Shown in pieces: positions 8,473 to 18,192 of a stretch of 39,734 bases of DNA. The stretch's first letter is position 1. Each line of letters opens with the position of its first letter. Both the position numbers and the translations under genes were made by a program. Origin of the DNA: ANME-2 cluster archaeon (GTDB lineage Archaea > Halobacteriota > Methanosarcinia > Methanosarcinales > Methanocomedenaceae); the NCBI GenBank assembly GCA_022353185.1, contig JAKRWB010000159.1, forward strand, positions 1 through 39,734. Reading direction: 5' to 3'. The notes under the pieces are model-generated. The model was given only the letters and a program-made list of their open reading frames with translations. It did no database searches and had not been told where the DNA came from.

Positions 8473-8559
8473 GTGAAAATATGAACCAGGACATATCCAG
8501 TATCGCTTTATTTTAACGGTGAAAATATGAATCAAGACATATCTAGTATCGCTTTATTT
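8473..8559 (+). repeat. Tandem duplication (46-bp period) of the ribosome-binding region and first 11 codons of the NYN gene
   Basis: Segments 8473-8513 and 8519-8559 match at 38 of 41 positions. Copy 1 forms the mini-ORF ATG 8481..TAA 8516, encoding MNQDISSIALF, which is identical to the N-terminus of the 8527 gene. Confidence 0.85.
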
Positions 8560-9579
8560 ATTGATTTTGAGAACATAAAAAAAGGTGTGGAAAAAAATTT
8601 TAAAAAAGATGTAGATATACAGATTATTGTAGATAAATTAGCCGAATTTGGAACACTCGTTGTTCGCAAAGCTTATTCAGATTGGTCTCAAAATGTAAAA
8701 TATAAAACCATTCTCTTACAATCGGGCATTGAGTTAATCGAAAGATCCAACTTGGTCGAAGGTAAAAATGGTGCCGATATAAAACTTGCAATTGATGCTG
8801 TAGAGTTAGCATTACGAAATACTTACATTGGTACATTCGCAATAGTTTCAGGGGATAGTGATTTTTTATCACTAATTCAAAAATTGAGGGAATATAATAA
8901 AAAAGTTATCGTTGTTGGAGGGAAGGGATTTACTAGTAAATTTATACCAAAGAGTTGTGATGAATATATTTCATATGAAAATCTCTTAAATATTGACAAA
9001 GAAAATTTTAGGCCACCTGATGATATTATTAATTTATTGAATCGATCTATACGAGTGCTTATGGAACAAGGGAAAGGACTGGATGCTTCGGGTGTTAAAA
9101 GTAAGATGAGGAATTTTGAACCAACCTTTGATGAAAAAAATTATGGGTTCGATGGATTTAATAAATTTATAGATTATATTAGTGATAATAAAATTCTTCC
9201 TATTAAAAAAATATGGAGATATGATGCATGGCATATTGAATATATTTCAGAAGAATGGACTAAGACAAATAAAAGTAATGATAATCAAATTGGAACTCAG
9301 ATCCCATCAAAAGATGAATGGAAAATAATCTTGAATATAATAAATGAAGCATTTAATGATGGAAAAACAATTCAAATAACCGATATTTTTATAAAAAATC
9401 ATTTGATAATGGAGAAGTATAATGGCTTATTACCTTTAAACGAATCAAGTATTGATAGAGCTTTCAATGATTTGATTAGCCTCGATATTCTAAAAAAAGA
9501 CCAAAATGGAATAATTTCCCGATCTGAAAATTATGATGTTAATGTAAAGCGCCATCTTCTATTGTCTTCTGACAAATAA
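8527..9579 (+). CDS. NYN (LabA/PIN-like) ribonuclease domain protein with a probable OST-HTH/LOTUS domain
   Basis: The 350-aa ORF contains IALFIDFENI, GADIKLAIDAVELA and FAIVSGDSDFLSLIQKL, which are typical NYN/LabA motifs. A middle segment (GVKSKMRNFEPTFDEKNYGFDGFNKFIDYI) resembles OST-HTH. The gene is very AT-rich compared with its neighbours. Confidence 0.75.
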   Translation: MNQDISSIALFIDFENIKKGVEKNFKKDVDIQIIVDKLAEFGTLVVRKAYSDWSQNVKYKTILLQSGIELIERSNLVEGKNGADIKLAIDAVELALRNTYIGTFAIVSGDSDFLSLIQKLREYNKKVIVVGGKGFTSKFIPKSCDEYISYENLLNIDKENFRPPDDIINLLNRSIRVLMEQGKGLDASGVKSKMRNFEPTFDEKNYGFDGFNKFIDYISDNKILPIKKIWRYDAWHIEYISEEWTKTNKSNDNQIGTQIPSKDEWKIILNIINEAFNDGKTIQITDIFIKNHLIMEKYNGLLPLNESSIDRAFNDLISLDILKKDQNGIISRSENYDVNVKRHLLLSSDK

Positions 9580-9750
9580 AAAAAGCATTTAGCAATATAG
9601 GTGCAGATGAAACCAAATAGAGTCGTAATCATTAATAATAACTCATCACCACTCCACACCCGTTACTATTATATAGAAGTACAAACAGTTAGAAGTGTTC
9701 TTATTATATAGATAATATCATTTAGTTAATATCTTTGGAGGAAATAATCG

Positions 9751-11403
9751 ATGGCAGGAATGGGCGGACAGCCAATAATTATCATTGACCCGAGCAAATC
9801 AAGGACGACAGGCCGGGATGCACAATCCATGAACATTACAGCAGCAAAAGCAATTGCGGATGCCGTGAAAACCACACTTGGTCCAAAAGGAATGGACAAG
9901 ATGATGGTAAACGCTGTAGGTGATGTCATGATAACCAATGACGGTGCAGCTATTTTAAAGCAAATGGATGTGCAGCATCCGGCTGCCATGATGATGGTAC
10001 AGATATCAAAGACCCAGGAACAGGAAGTCGGAGATGGCACCACCAGTGCAGTTGTGCTCGCAGGCGAACTCCTTACCCAGGCCCAGAAATTGATAGAACT
10101 TGAGGTCCATCCCACATTGATCGTCAGCGGATACAAACTGGCAGCAAAAAAAGCACAGGAAATCATGAAATCCATTGCCATCCAGGTTACAGATGATGAC
10201 AATGACATACTGAGAAAGATTGCTCTTACCGCACTTTCTGGAAAAGGTAGCGAGATTGCCCATGATAGTCTGGCAGACCTTTGTGTGGAAGCCATCAAGA
10301 CAATAACAGATAAGTCCCAGACCGATATCAAACATAACATCCAGATCATCCATCAAAAAGGTGGCTCGATCAAAGATACCAAACTCATCAAGGGTATGGT
10401 CATAGACAAGGCCCGGGCTGACAAGAACATGCCCAAATTGATAAAAAATGCGAAGATTGCTGTGCTGGACGTGGGTATTGAAGTACAGAAGACCTCTACA
10501 AGTTCCAAGATAAAGATATCCACTGTGGAACAGCTGGATGAGGCATACCATGAAGAATACCAGACCGTAAAGGACCAGGTGGACAGCCTGGTTAAAGCCG
10601 GAGTGAACGTGCTTGTCACAGAGAAAGGTATTGATGATATTTCCCTTCATTATCTGGGTAAACAGAACATCCTGGCCATAAGAAGGGTGAAAGAAGACGA
10701 CATTACAAGAATCGTCCGTGCCACAGGTGCCGTTTTACGCTCTAACACCACGGATTTTTCCCCAGATGACCTGGGTGCAGCACAAATCGTGGAAGAAAGG
10801 GGAGTTGGGAACTACAAGATGATGTATTTCGAAGGTTGCGATAACCCCAAAGCTGTTACCATAATAGTACACAGCGGTGCTGAGTATATCACTGAAGAAG
10901 TGGAACGAGCTCTTGACGATGCCCTTAGTGTGGTCAAGGTAGTGCTGGATGAAAAGAATGTGCTGTTTGGAGGGGGCGCACCTGAGGTTGAAACAGCCAT
11001 GCAGCTGCGCGAGTACGCTTCATCCATGCAGGGACGTGAACAACTGGCAGTTTCAGCATTTGCCGATGCAATGGAAGGACTTCCCCGTGCTCTTGCAGAG
11101 AATGGAGGACTTGACCCGGTGGATGTTCTGGTGGAAATGCGCTATGAGCATAAGAAAGGCAACAAGACCGTTGGCCTGAACGCAATTACCGGCAAGGTCA
11201 TGGATATGAAGGATACCAGTGTGGTTGAGCCGTTGAAGGTGAAGGTCCAGTCAATTAAATCTGCCACTGATGCGGCCTCAATGATACTGAGAGTGGATGA
11301 TGTATTCGCATCTAAGTACACTGGACTCATGGACGTCAAACCCGAACACAGGGTAGATAGTTATGATGGTATCCAGGCACCCGATATTGGGGACGATTAT
11401 TAG
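9751..11403 (+). CDS. ths: Thermosome subunit (group II chaperonin)
   Basis: The 550-aa ORF contains TLGPKGMDKM, ITNDGAAILK, VGDGTTSAVVLAGELL and GGGAPE, the classic thermosome/CCT signatures. Confidence 0.95.
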   Translation: MAGMGGQPIIIIDPSKSRTTGRDAQSMNITAAKAIADAVKTTLGPKGMDKMMVNAVGDVMITNDGAAILKQMDVQHPAAMMMVQISKTQEQEVGDGTTSAVVLAGELLTQAQKLIELEVHPTLIVSGYKLAAKKAQEIMKSIAIQVTDDDNDILRKIALTALSGKGSEIAHDSLADLCVEAIKTITDKSQTDIKHNIQIIHQKGGSIKDTKLIKGMVIDKARADKNMPKLIKNAKIAVLDVGIEVQKTSTSSKIKISTVEQLDEAYHEEYQTVKDQVDSLVKAGVNVLVTEKGIDDISLHYLGKQNILAIRRVKEDDITRIVRATGAVLRSNTTDFSPDDLGAAQIVEERGVGNYKMMYFEGCDNPKAVTIIVHSGAEYITEEVERALDDALSVVKVVLDEKNVLFGGGAPEVETAMQLREYASSMQGREQLAVSAFADAMEGLPRALAENGGLDPVDVLVEMRYEHKKGNKTVGLNAITGKVMDMKDTSVVEPLKVKVQSIKSATDAASMILRVDDVFASKYTGLMDVKPEHRVDSYDGIQAPDIGDDY

Positions 11404-11454
11404 AACAGGGGATTGTCACGAAAGTATTGAATCAGTATCCAGTAGGGGCATGAA

Positions 11455-12084
11455 ATGAAAAAGAGGAAAAAGGTTGAGGTTGACCTATCAAAAGATGAGA
11501 TAAATGAAACTGAGGAAGAGATAACGACGCAGGAAGACCAGAAACAGAGCATCGCAAATGGGGAAATGGCGGTTGGGGAATGGGCAGCAGAAGGGGTTGA
11601 GGAACGATCAGTGGAAGAATTAGCCCATGAGCTGGATGAATCCAGGGGACTTGCGTTAGATTACCTGAACCATCTCCAGCGGCTTACCGCAGAGTTTGAC
11701 AATTACAAAAAACGGATGGATAGAGAACGGGCAGAGATTATCGAATATGCAAGCTTTGACCTTGTAGCAGAACTCATCGATGTGATGGAGAATATGGAGC
11801 GGGGGATTGCCAGTGCCAGGGAGTCCCAGGACAGGGATTCTATTTTGAAGGGAATGGAGATGGTATATAACCAGTTGAAAACAATCCTTGAATCAAGGGG
11901 TCTTGAACCTATTGATGCAGTGGGGCAGAAGTTCGACCATCACTGTCATGAAGCAATGATGAAGATACTCTCTGATGAGTATCCTGACAATACTGTGATA
12001 GAAGAGTTCCAGCGGGGATACAGGATTAAGAACAGAGTGGTTCGATATTCAAAGGTAAAGTTATCAGAGAATAAAGAGAAATAG
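11455..12084 (+). CDS. grpE: Nucleotide exchange factor GrpE
   Basis: The 209-aa ORF has an acidic N-terminus, then YLRLQAEFDNYKKR-like LQRLTAEFDNYKKRMDRE and C-terminal GYRIKNRVVRYSKV. It lies directly upstream of dnaK. Confidence 0.9.
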   Translation: MKKRKKVEVDLSKDEINETEEEITTQEDQKQSIANGEMAVGEWAAEGVEERSVEELAHELDESRGLALDYLNHLQRLTAEFDNYKKRMDRERAEIIEYASFDLVAELIDVMENMERGIASARESQDRDSILKGMEMVYNQLKTILESRGLEPIDAVGQKFDHHCHEAMMKILSDEYPDNTVIEEFQRGYRIKNRVVRYSKVKLSENKEK

Positions 12085-12134
12085 TTGATAAATATAAGAA
12101 TGTACTATTCTAAACAGATGAGGTGAATTATTAA

Positions 12135-13994
12135 ATGGCAAAAATAATAGGAATTGACCTGGGAACCAGCAATTCGGCGGCAGCAGCTTTTATAGGTGGC
12201 CGTCCTACGATAATACCCAGTGCAGAAGGCACAAGTGTTGGCGGAAAGGCATTCCCGTCAGTGGTGGCTTTCACCAAGGATGGGCAGAAACTGGTTGGAG
12301 AACCAGCTCGCAGACAGGCGGTAAGCAATCCTGAAGGCACTATCATGGCCATCAAGCGGAAGATGGGCACGGGTGAAAAGGTTGATGTCAGGGGCAAGGA
12401 ATTCACTCCCCAGGATATTTCTGCCTTTATTCTGCAGAAAATTAAGCAGGATGCAGAAGCACACCTTGGTGATAAGGTGGAGAAGGCGGTCATAACCGTA
12501 CCTGCATATTTTAATGATAACCAGCGACAGGCCACCAAGGATGCAGGTGAGATTGCAGGTCTTGAAGTAGTGCGTATTATCAATGAACCTACTGCTGCTT
12601 CGTTGGCATACGGACTTGATAAGAAGGGTGACCAGGAAATACTTGTATATGATTTTGGTGGCGGTACCCTTGATGTTACTATTATGGAAATGGGCGGAGG
12701 TGTGTTCGAGGTAAAATCCACGTCAGGCGATACCCAGCTTGGCGGTACTGATATGGATCAAATACTCATAGATTACATTGCCGAGGATTTCAAATCAAAA
12801 GAAGGAATTGACCTTAGGAAAGATAAGACCGCTGTACAACGCCTGCGAGAAGCTGCAGAGAAGGCCAAGATCGAACTTTCGACCACTATGCAGACTTCCA
12901 TCAACCTGCCGTTCATTACTGCTGACCAGGCAGGACCAAAGCATCTTGAGATGAGCCTTACAAGATCCAAACTGGAAGAACTGGTCATGCCTGTAATAGT
13001 GAAAACACGACAGCCTTTGGAACAGGCTATCAAGGATGCAGGAATGAAGACATCTGATATCACCACTGTCATTTTGGTGGGTGGACCCACCCGGATGCCT
13101 GTGGTGAAGAAGTTCGTGAGTGATGTGGTTGGCAGGGAGCCGGAACGCGGTGTTGACCCCATGGAATGTGTGGCTATGGGTGCAGCAATCCAGGCCGGTG
13201 TACTGGAAGGTGAGGTCAAGGATGTGCTGCTGCTTGACGTAACACCGCTGTCACTTGGTATCGAGACCCTGGGTGGTGTGTCAACCCAGCTCATCGAGCG
13301 CAATACCACTATTCCTACCAGGAAGAGCCAGATATTCAGCACGGCTGCTGATAACCAGACCTCAGTGGACATTCATGTGCTCCAGGGTGAGCGTGCCATG
13401 GCAGCAGACAATACTACGCTGGGACGGTTCACTCTTGTAGGAATTCCAATGGCGCCGAGGGGTATTCCCCAGATAGAGGTGACTTTTGACATTGATGCAA
13501 ATGGTATCATTCACGTGACTGCCAAGGATCTGGGTACCAATAAGGAGCAGAAGATAACCATCACTTCCACTCATAAGCTTTCAGAGGAAGATATCAAGAA
13601 GAAGATGGATGATGCCAAGCAGTATGAGGAAGAGGATAAGAGGATAAAGGAACTGATCGAGATAAAGAATCAGGCAGATACCCTGGCCTATACTACTGAG
13701 AAAGCCCTGTCCGACCTGGGTGACAAGGTATCTGAGGAAGAGCGCAACTCCATCACAGAGAAGGTAGCTAAGACAAGGGAATCCATCGCCAGCGATAACA
13801 AGGATACTATCCAGACAGCCATCGATGAACTCACCAAGGAGATGCAGAAAATCAGTACTAAGATATACGAGCAGGCCGCACAAGAGCAGGCGGCTGCTGG
13901 TGCTAAGGCTTCGGGATCAGAAAATGAAGGTGAGGCCAGTGATGATAATGTGGTAGATGCTGAGTACGAAGTTGTAGACGAGGACAAGGATTAA
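12135..13994 (+). CDS. dnaK: Hsp70 chaperone DnaK
   Basis: The 619-aa ORF contains [30 protein letters not shown] and [10 protein letters not shown], the canonical Hsp70 signatures. Confidence 0.97.
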   Translation: MAKIIGIDLGTSNSAAAAFIGGRPTIIPSAEGTSVGGKAFPSVVAFTKDGQKLVGEPARRQAVSNPEGTIMAIKRKMGTGEKVDVRGKEFTPQDISAFILQKIKQDAEAHLGDKVEKAVITVPAYFNDNQRQATKDAGEIAGLEVVRIINEPTAASLAYGLDKKGDQEILVYDFGGGTLDVTIMEMGGGVFEVKSTSGDTQLGGTDMDQILIDYIAEDFKSKEGIDLRKDKTAVQRLREAAEKAKIELSTTMQTSINLPFITADQAGPKHLEMSLTRSKLEELVMPVIVKTRQPLEQAIKDAGMKTSDITTVILVGGPTRMPVVKKFVSDVVGREPERGVDPMECVAMGAAIQAGVLEGEVKDVLLLDVTPLSLGIETLGGVSTQLIERNTTIPTRKSQIFSTAADNQTSVDIHVLQGERAMAADNTTLGRFTLVGIPMAPRGIPQIEVTFDIDANGIIHVTAKDLGTNKEQKITITSTHKLSEEDIKKKMDDAKQYEEEDKRIKELIEIKNQADTLAYTTEKALSDLGDKVSEEERNSITEKVAKTRESIASDNKDTIQTAIDELTKEMQKISTKIYEQAAQEQAAAGAKASGSENEGEASDDNVVDAEYEVVDEDKD

Positions 13995-14043
13995 TTACTA
14001 ATCCTTATCCTTTTTTTTATTTTTTTTTAAAAACTGATCCCAC

Positions 14044-15207
14044 ATGGCTGACAAACGCGATTATTACGACATACTTGGTGTTGACAAGAAGATTTCCGGA
14101 GATGAACTGAAGAAGGCTTACAGGAAGCTGGCCCTGGAGTACCATCCGGACCGCAACAAGGATGCTGGGGCTGAGGAGAAGTTCAAGGAGATAAGCGAAG
14201 CTTACGGTGTGCTTAGTGATTCTGAAAAGCGTGCCAAGTATGACCAGTATGGGCATGCAGGTGTTGACGGGCGCTGGAGCCAGGAGGATATTTTCAGGGG
14301 TGTGAACTTTGAGGACATTTTCAGGGGTTCTGGTGGAGGTGGTGGCGGTTTTAGTAGCAGTATCTTTGATTCTATCTTTGGCGGTGGAAGCCGCAGGCGT
14401 GGCGGACCCCAACGGGGTTCCGACCTGAGGATCGATCTTGCCATAATATTTGAGGAAGCCTACAAAGGAGTCGAAAAATCCATCAAACTGCCCAGGACCG
14501 AGAATTGTTCCACCTGCGGCGGTAGTGGTGCCAAACCAGGCACTGACCCCCAGACCTGTAAGACCTGCGGCGGTAGCGGACAGGCAACCCGTGCACAGCA
14601 GACGCCGTTTGGGCAGTTCATGACCACCAGCACCTGTCCCACCTGCCGAGGCAGGGGTAAAGTGGTGGATGACCCGTGTACTGAATGCCATGGCAGTGGT
14701 AAGGTGCAAAAGAAGCGCACGATAAAGGTGAAAGTGCCTGCCGGTATTGAAAGCGGTTCACGCATGCGAGTATCTGGCGAGGGCGAGCACGGCTCTGCAG
14801 GTGGGCCTCCGGGTGATCTGTTCGTGGATCTTTATGTAAAACCCCACTCGTTGTTCAAGCGTGTGGGTAATGATGTTGTGGTTGGGGCGGATATCAATTT
14901 TACCCAGGCAGCGCTGGGTGATGAGATTATGGTGCCCACTGTGGACGGTAAGGTGAAGTTGAAGGTTCCTGCCGGTACACAGACGGGGGCCACGTTCAGG
15001 GTTAAGGATAAGGGCATGCCCAATATCCATGGATACGGGCAGGGGGATTTGCATGTGCAGGTGAATGTGAAGGTTCCTAAGAAACTTGATTCGAAACAAA
15101 AGGAATTACTGAGGGAGTTTGCGAAAGCCAGTGGGGAGAAGCCTCTAAAGGAGAATGAGAAGGGGCTGTTTGAGAAGGTTGTTGATGGGGTAAAGGATAA
15201 GATTTAA
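14044..15207 (+). CDS. dnaJ: Co-chaperone DnaJ
   Basis: The 387-aa ORF has a J-domain with the HPD motif (YHPDRNK), a G/F-rich linker and four CxxCxGxG zinc-finger repeats. Confidence 0.95.
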   Translation: MADKRDYYDILGVDKKISGDELKKAYRKLALEYHPDRNKDAGAEEKFKEISEAYGVLSDSEKRAKYDQYGHAGVDGRWSQEDIFRGVNFEDIFRGSGGGGGGFSSSIFDSIFGGGSRRRGGPQRGSDLRIDLAIIFEEAYKGVEKSIKLPRTENCSTCGGSGAKPGTDPQTCKTCGGSGQATRAQQTPFGQFMTTSTCPTCRGRGKVVDDPCTECHGSGKVQKKRTIKVKVPAGIESGSRMRVSGEGEHGSAGGPPGDLFVDLYVKPHSLFKRVGNDVVVGADINFTQAALGDEIMVPTVDGKVKLKVPAGTQTGATFRVKDKGMPNIHGYGQGDLHVQVNVKVPKKLDSKQKELLREFAKASGEKPLKENEKGLFEKVVDGVKDKI

Positions 15208-15899
15208 AGGGATTAAAATTAAGGTTAGAATCTCTTTAAATGGGAAATGCAACTACCAGTAATTAAGCAGTGGAGAAATGTTATGCTACTGTCGCTTCTG
15301 ATTTCTTAGTTTTTCTTGCATCTACCAGATTTGATTTTTCTTTATCGTGCTTAATTTCGAAGGAAGGTTTAGATGAAATGGGAAGAATCAGAAAAACTAC
15401 TCTTACTATTGGAGAAGAGAAAATTGAAAAGCTTACAGTTTTCACAAAAGAACATAAAGAGATTTTGAAAAAGTTGGGTTTGGAAGAAGGACTATTTCAT
15501 ATGTAGTCTATAAAACCCGGAATGTCAGGTTATAAGTTTCTCTTTAACATCGTTTGGGTAATTTCATGATTTAAGATAAATTGACAAACATGCCATTTCA
15601 CGGCATGGATCAATGGATGGGATGTACGGGATGAAAAATCACTTCGTATACGGCCTGAAATCCACCTCCACCCTACATCATAAAAACATATCATAATAAT
15701 TCTAACCAACCCCTGCATTTCAACTGGAAAATATATCATCAGATATATAATAATTGCCATCATTATCATAAGGTTCCACACGAAATGATGGGGTACATAC
15801 ATAAACAGTTTATACTGAGGTCGCATTGCTTCATCGAAGGTACACAAAAAATAGAAATTAACACAAATCATTACCTGACAATAAAAGGGGGAAATAATC

Positions 15900-16211
15900 C
15901 TGACCGAAAAAATAGTCACAGCACAACTCCAGATAGCAGTCCTGGGAGGCGGAAACGACTCCCTAAGCCATTACATCTCAACCGCAATAAAAGCACTGGA
16001 CAAAAAAAATGTACAGTACCAGGTCACACCTATGGGCACGGCCATACAAGCAGGTAGCCTAGACGAGATATTCGATGCATGCAAAGCAGCTCATGAAGCT
16101 GTATTGGATATGGGCGTTAACCGGGTATTGACCAACATAACGATTGATCACCGGCTGCAAGGCTGTAAAGGATTGGACGAAAAAGTGCAATCAGTTAATT
16201 TAAAGCTGTAA
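15900..16211 (+). CDS. MTH1187/YkoF-family (UPF0045) protein; start codon uncertain and non-canonical
   Basis: This ORF is not in the track. Manual translation gives LTEKIVTAQLQIAVLGGGNDSLSHYISTAIKALDKKNVQYQVTPMGTAIQAGSLDEIFDACKAAHEAVLDMGVNRVLTNITIDHRL...KVQSVNLKL*. It closely resembles MTH1187 as I remember it. The frame opens after TAA at 15882-15884 and has no ATG, GTG or TTG before the conserved N-terminal strand. Confidence 0.75.
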   Translation: MTEKIVTAQLQIAVLGGGNDSLSHYISTAIKALDKKNVQYQVTPMGTAIQAGSLDEIFDACKAAHEAVLDMGVNRVLTNITIDHRLQGCKGLDEKVQSVNLKL

Positions 16212-16257
16212 GGACGAAAGGAATTATTTAATAGTATATATAACATAATATAGTACG

Positions 16258-17175
16258 ATGCTTAAAGTAACATTCCTTGGTACCGGTGGCAGTGTACCAA
16301 CCCCAAAACGCAACCCGTCAGCTATTCTGGTAAACCGCAAGGGCGAGCTTATGCTGTTTGACTGCGGCGAAGGCACCCAGCAGCAGATGATGCGAGCCAA
16401 GACCGGAATGGGTAACCTGACCTCCATATTCATCACCCATTTTCATGGTGACCATATCCTTGGTATCCCGGGCCTGATTCAGACCATGAACTTTAACGGG
16501 CGTACAGAGCCCCTTAAAATATACGGTCCCCACTGGGTGAATGAATTCGTTCAGATGATGCTGGGAATAGGATTCTATAAATTGAAATATGAGATTCAGG
16601 CCATTGAATTACATCCAGGGGACAGGGTGGACAGGGGTGAGTACTTTATTGATGCTCTCAAGACCGAACATAGTGTACCGTCTATCGGTTTTGCTCTGAT
16701 AGAAGCAGACAGGCCCGGACGGTTCGACCGTGAAAAAGCCCTCGAACTTGGTATACCTCCCGGGCCACTATTCAAGCGACTGCATAATGGGGAGGATGTC
16801 GAAATCAACGGAAAAACCATAAAGAGCAGTGACGTTGTGGGCTCCTCAAGGCCTGGCCGGAAGATAGTATATTCTGGCGACACCAGGCCATGCAGTGGCG
16901 TTTTTGTAGCCAGCGACAAGGCAGACCTGCTCATCCATGACTCGACCCTTGCCGATGACATGGTGGACTGGGCCAAAGAGTCCATGCATTCCACGGCAGG
17001 CGAGGCGGCATCCCTGGCATCCCTTGCAAATGTGCACCAACTTGTGCTGACACATGTCAGCTCCCGGTATTCAGATGATACCTCACAGTTACTGGAAGAT
17101 GCCTTGCAGGAATTCAAAAATGTATGTGTCGCAGACGAGTTAATGGTTATCGAGATACCTTACCGCGACGCTTAG
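16258..17175 (+). CDS. rnz: Ribonuclease Z (tRNA 3' endonuclease)
   Basis: The 305-aa ORF contains FLGTGGSVPT, LFDCGEGTQ and the metallo-beta-lactamase motif THFHGDH. Confidence 0.92.
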   Translation: MLKVTFLGTGGSVPTPKRNPSAILVNRKGELMLFDCGEGTQQQMMRAKTGMGNLTSIFITHFHGDHILGIPGLIQTMNFNGRTEPLKIYGPHWVNEFVQMMLGIGFYKLKYEIQAIELHPGDRVDRGEYFIDALKTEHSVPSIGFALIEADRPGRFDREKALELGIPPGPLFKRLHNGEDVEINGKTIKSSDVVGSSRPGRKIVYSGDTRPCSGVFVASDKADLLIHDSTLADDMVDWAKESMHSTAGEAASLASLANVHQLVLTHVSSRYSDDTSQLLEDALQEFKNVCVADELMVIEIPYRDA

Positions 17176-18010
17176 TTCCTTTTCCTCCCGGATCTGCCCG
17201 TTTTTTCGTTATATCGAGTTTTCGCAAATCCTTCAGTTTTCCCAGCCTGGTACCATCCAGCAGATACGCCTGTCCCCCATCCAGGTCCACAGCATTTGCT
17301 GCAAATACCGGACCCAGCAGGTCATCATGCATTGATTCATTGAATGCCACTCCCCCGCATAGCTGGCAAAACGCAGGCATGATTATCACTTCAGGGTCAG
17401 ACCACGGCAGGTCATCACCTCTCAGGCGGTAATGTGATTCCAGAGGTGTGCGGTGCAACCGGGTGCGTATCCAGGCGGGTTCGGCACTGCTGGAACCCAG
17501 GGAATCTGTGAACCTGATACTGGGGTGGTTGTGTGCCATTACAATATGGCGGCAGGCCAGCAGTTCAGGGTCCGGCCAGGTATGTCCGTGAAAGTACCCG
17601 ACACCGTCCAGCACAAAACCCCTGGCCGGCTGCAGTGTTATTTCAAGCCCTGCCGGTATTTTCTGCAACAGGTATTCCATGTCTCCATCATGGTTGCCGG
17701 GCACGATGTCAACCGGCACTCTCCTGGCAATACTTTCAAGGAAATGGGGGACTTCCTCCCGTTCCTGCCAGGATATTCTGGGCACATTATGTTTTACATC
17801 CCCCAGCAGCACAACCCTATCAGGCGTTTCAGTGTCTATATACTCCATTATCCTTGCAAGTCCCTGGGCGGATTGGCTCGGGACTATGATGCTGCTATTG
17901 GCAAGGTCCCATTCAATTCCAAGGTGGATATCTGCCACCACAAGTACCCTGATGGTATCCTCAACAACCAGGGCAGGTTCATCGACTATGGGTTCCAGTG
18001 CGGCAGTCAT
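17147..18010 (-). CDS. Calcineurin-like metallophosphoesterase (archaeal SbcD/Mre11-related, MJ0037-type)
   Basis: The 287-aa ORF contains VVADIHLG, VLLGDVKHN, VPGNHDG and GHTWP, which are phosphoesterase motifs. It has a basic C-terminal tail. Its 3' end overlaps the 3' end of rnz by 29 nt in convergent orientation. Confidence 0.8.
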   Translation of the reverse strand: MTAALEPIVDEPALVVEDTIRVLVVADIHLGIEWDLANSSIIVPSQSAQGLARIMEYIDTETPDRVVLLGDVKHNVPRISWQEREEVPHFLESIARRVPVDIVPGNHDGDMEYLLQKIPAGLEITLQPARGFVLDGVGYFHGHTWPDPELLACRHIVMAHNHPSIRFTDSLGSSSAEPAWIRTRLHRTPLESHYRLRGDDLPWSDPEVIIMPAFCQLCGGVAFNESMHDDLLGPVFAANAVDLDGGQAYLLDGTRLGKLKDLRKLDITKKRADPGGKGTKRRGKVSR

Positions 18011-18105
18011 ATGCTAACATATATCACGATTGATTATAAATTCACAGGTTAGAATATTAGCACAGTTATGATAATATGAATTACATTCAGAATTAATTAT
18101 TAATG

Positions 18106-18192
18106 CTAAGAATGAGCAAACCTTAAATGCCCCATCTCAAGCAGCACCCGAACGGTCATCAATGGTATGTTCTCGTCTACGAAAATCTTCAT
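18106..18192 (-). pseudogene. Truncated DUF5615 (PIN-like toxin) remnant, 28 codons
   Basis: Manual translation gives MKIFVDENIPLMTVRVLLEMGHLRFAHS*. This matches the typical N-terminus of DUF5615 proteins, which are normally more than 100 aa. Its start overlaps the stop of the upstream DUF433 fragment (ATGA). Confidence 0.6.

Noticed and set aside
9726-10349. Long antisense ORFs opposite highly conserved genes. Examples are 9726-10349 and 10006-10650 opposite the thermosome, 12131-12721 and 12773-13372 opposite dnaK, 14017-14709 opposite dnaJ, 31098-32063 opposite groEL, and 24114-24911 opposite the ATPase.
   Set aside because: Their translations are low-complexity (Ser/Ala/Thr/Cys-rich) with no motifs. 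The opposite strand encodes unmistakable conserved proteins, so these are shadow ORFs.
15270-15506. A 78-aa GTG-initiated ORF downstream of dnaJ.
   Set aside because: The N-terminal half looks non-protein-like. Only the last ~42 codons (from the ATG at 15378, MGRIRKTTLTIGEEKIEKL..) look plausible, and they have no recognisable family. The evidence is too weak to call a gene.
15530-15919. A 129-aa minus-strand ORF, and the 90-aa plus-strand ORF at 15785-16057.
   Set aside because: The minus ORF is rich in Cys/Trp/Met/Phe, has no family resemblance and runs over the ribosome-binding site of the MTH1187-like gene. The plus ORF is an alternative frame of that conserved gene. A shorter membrane peptide cannot be excluded, but nothing supports one.
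17147-17175. The 29-nt convergent overlap of rnz and the metallophosphoesterase gene, considered as a possible regulatory or antisense feature.
   Set aside because: Short convergent overlaps are common in compact genomes. The phosphoesterase C-terminal tail is basic and low-complexity, so the exact stop usage is plausible, and nothing else marks the site as special.
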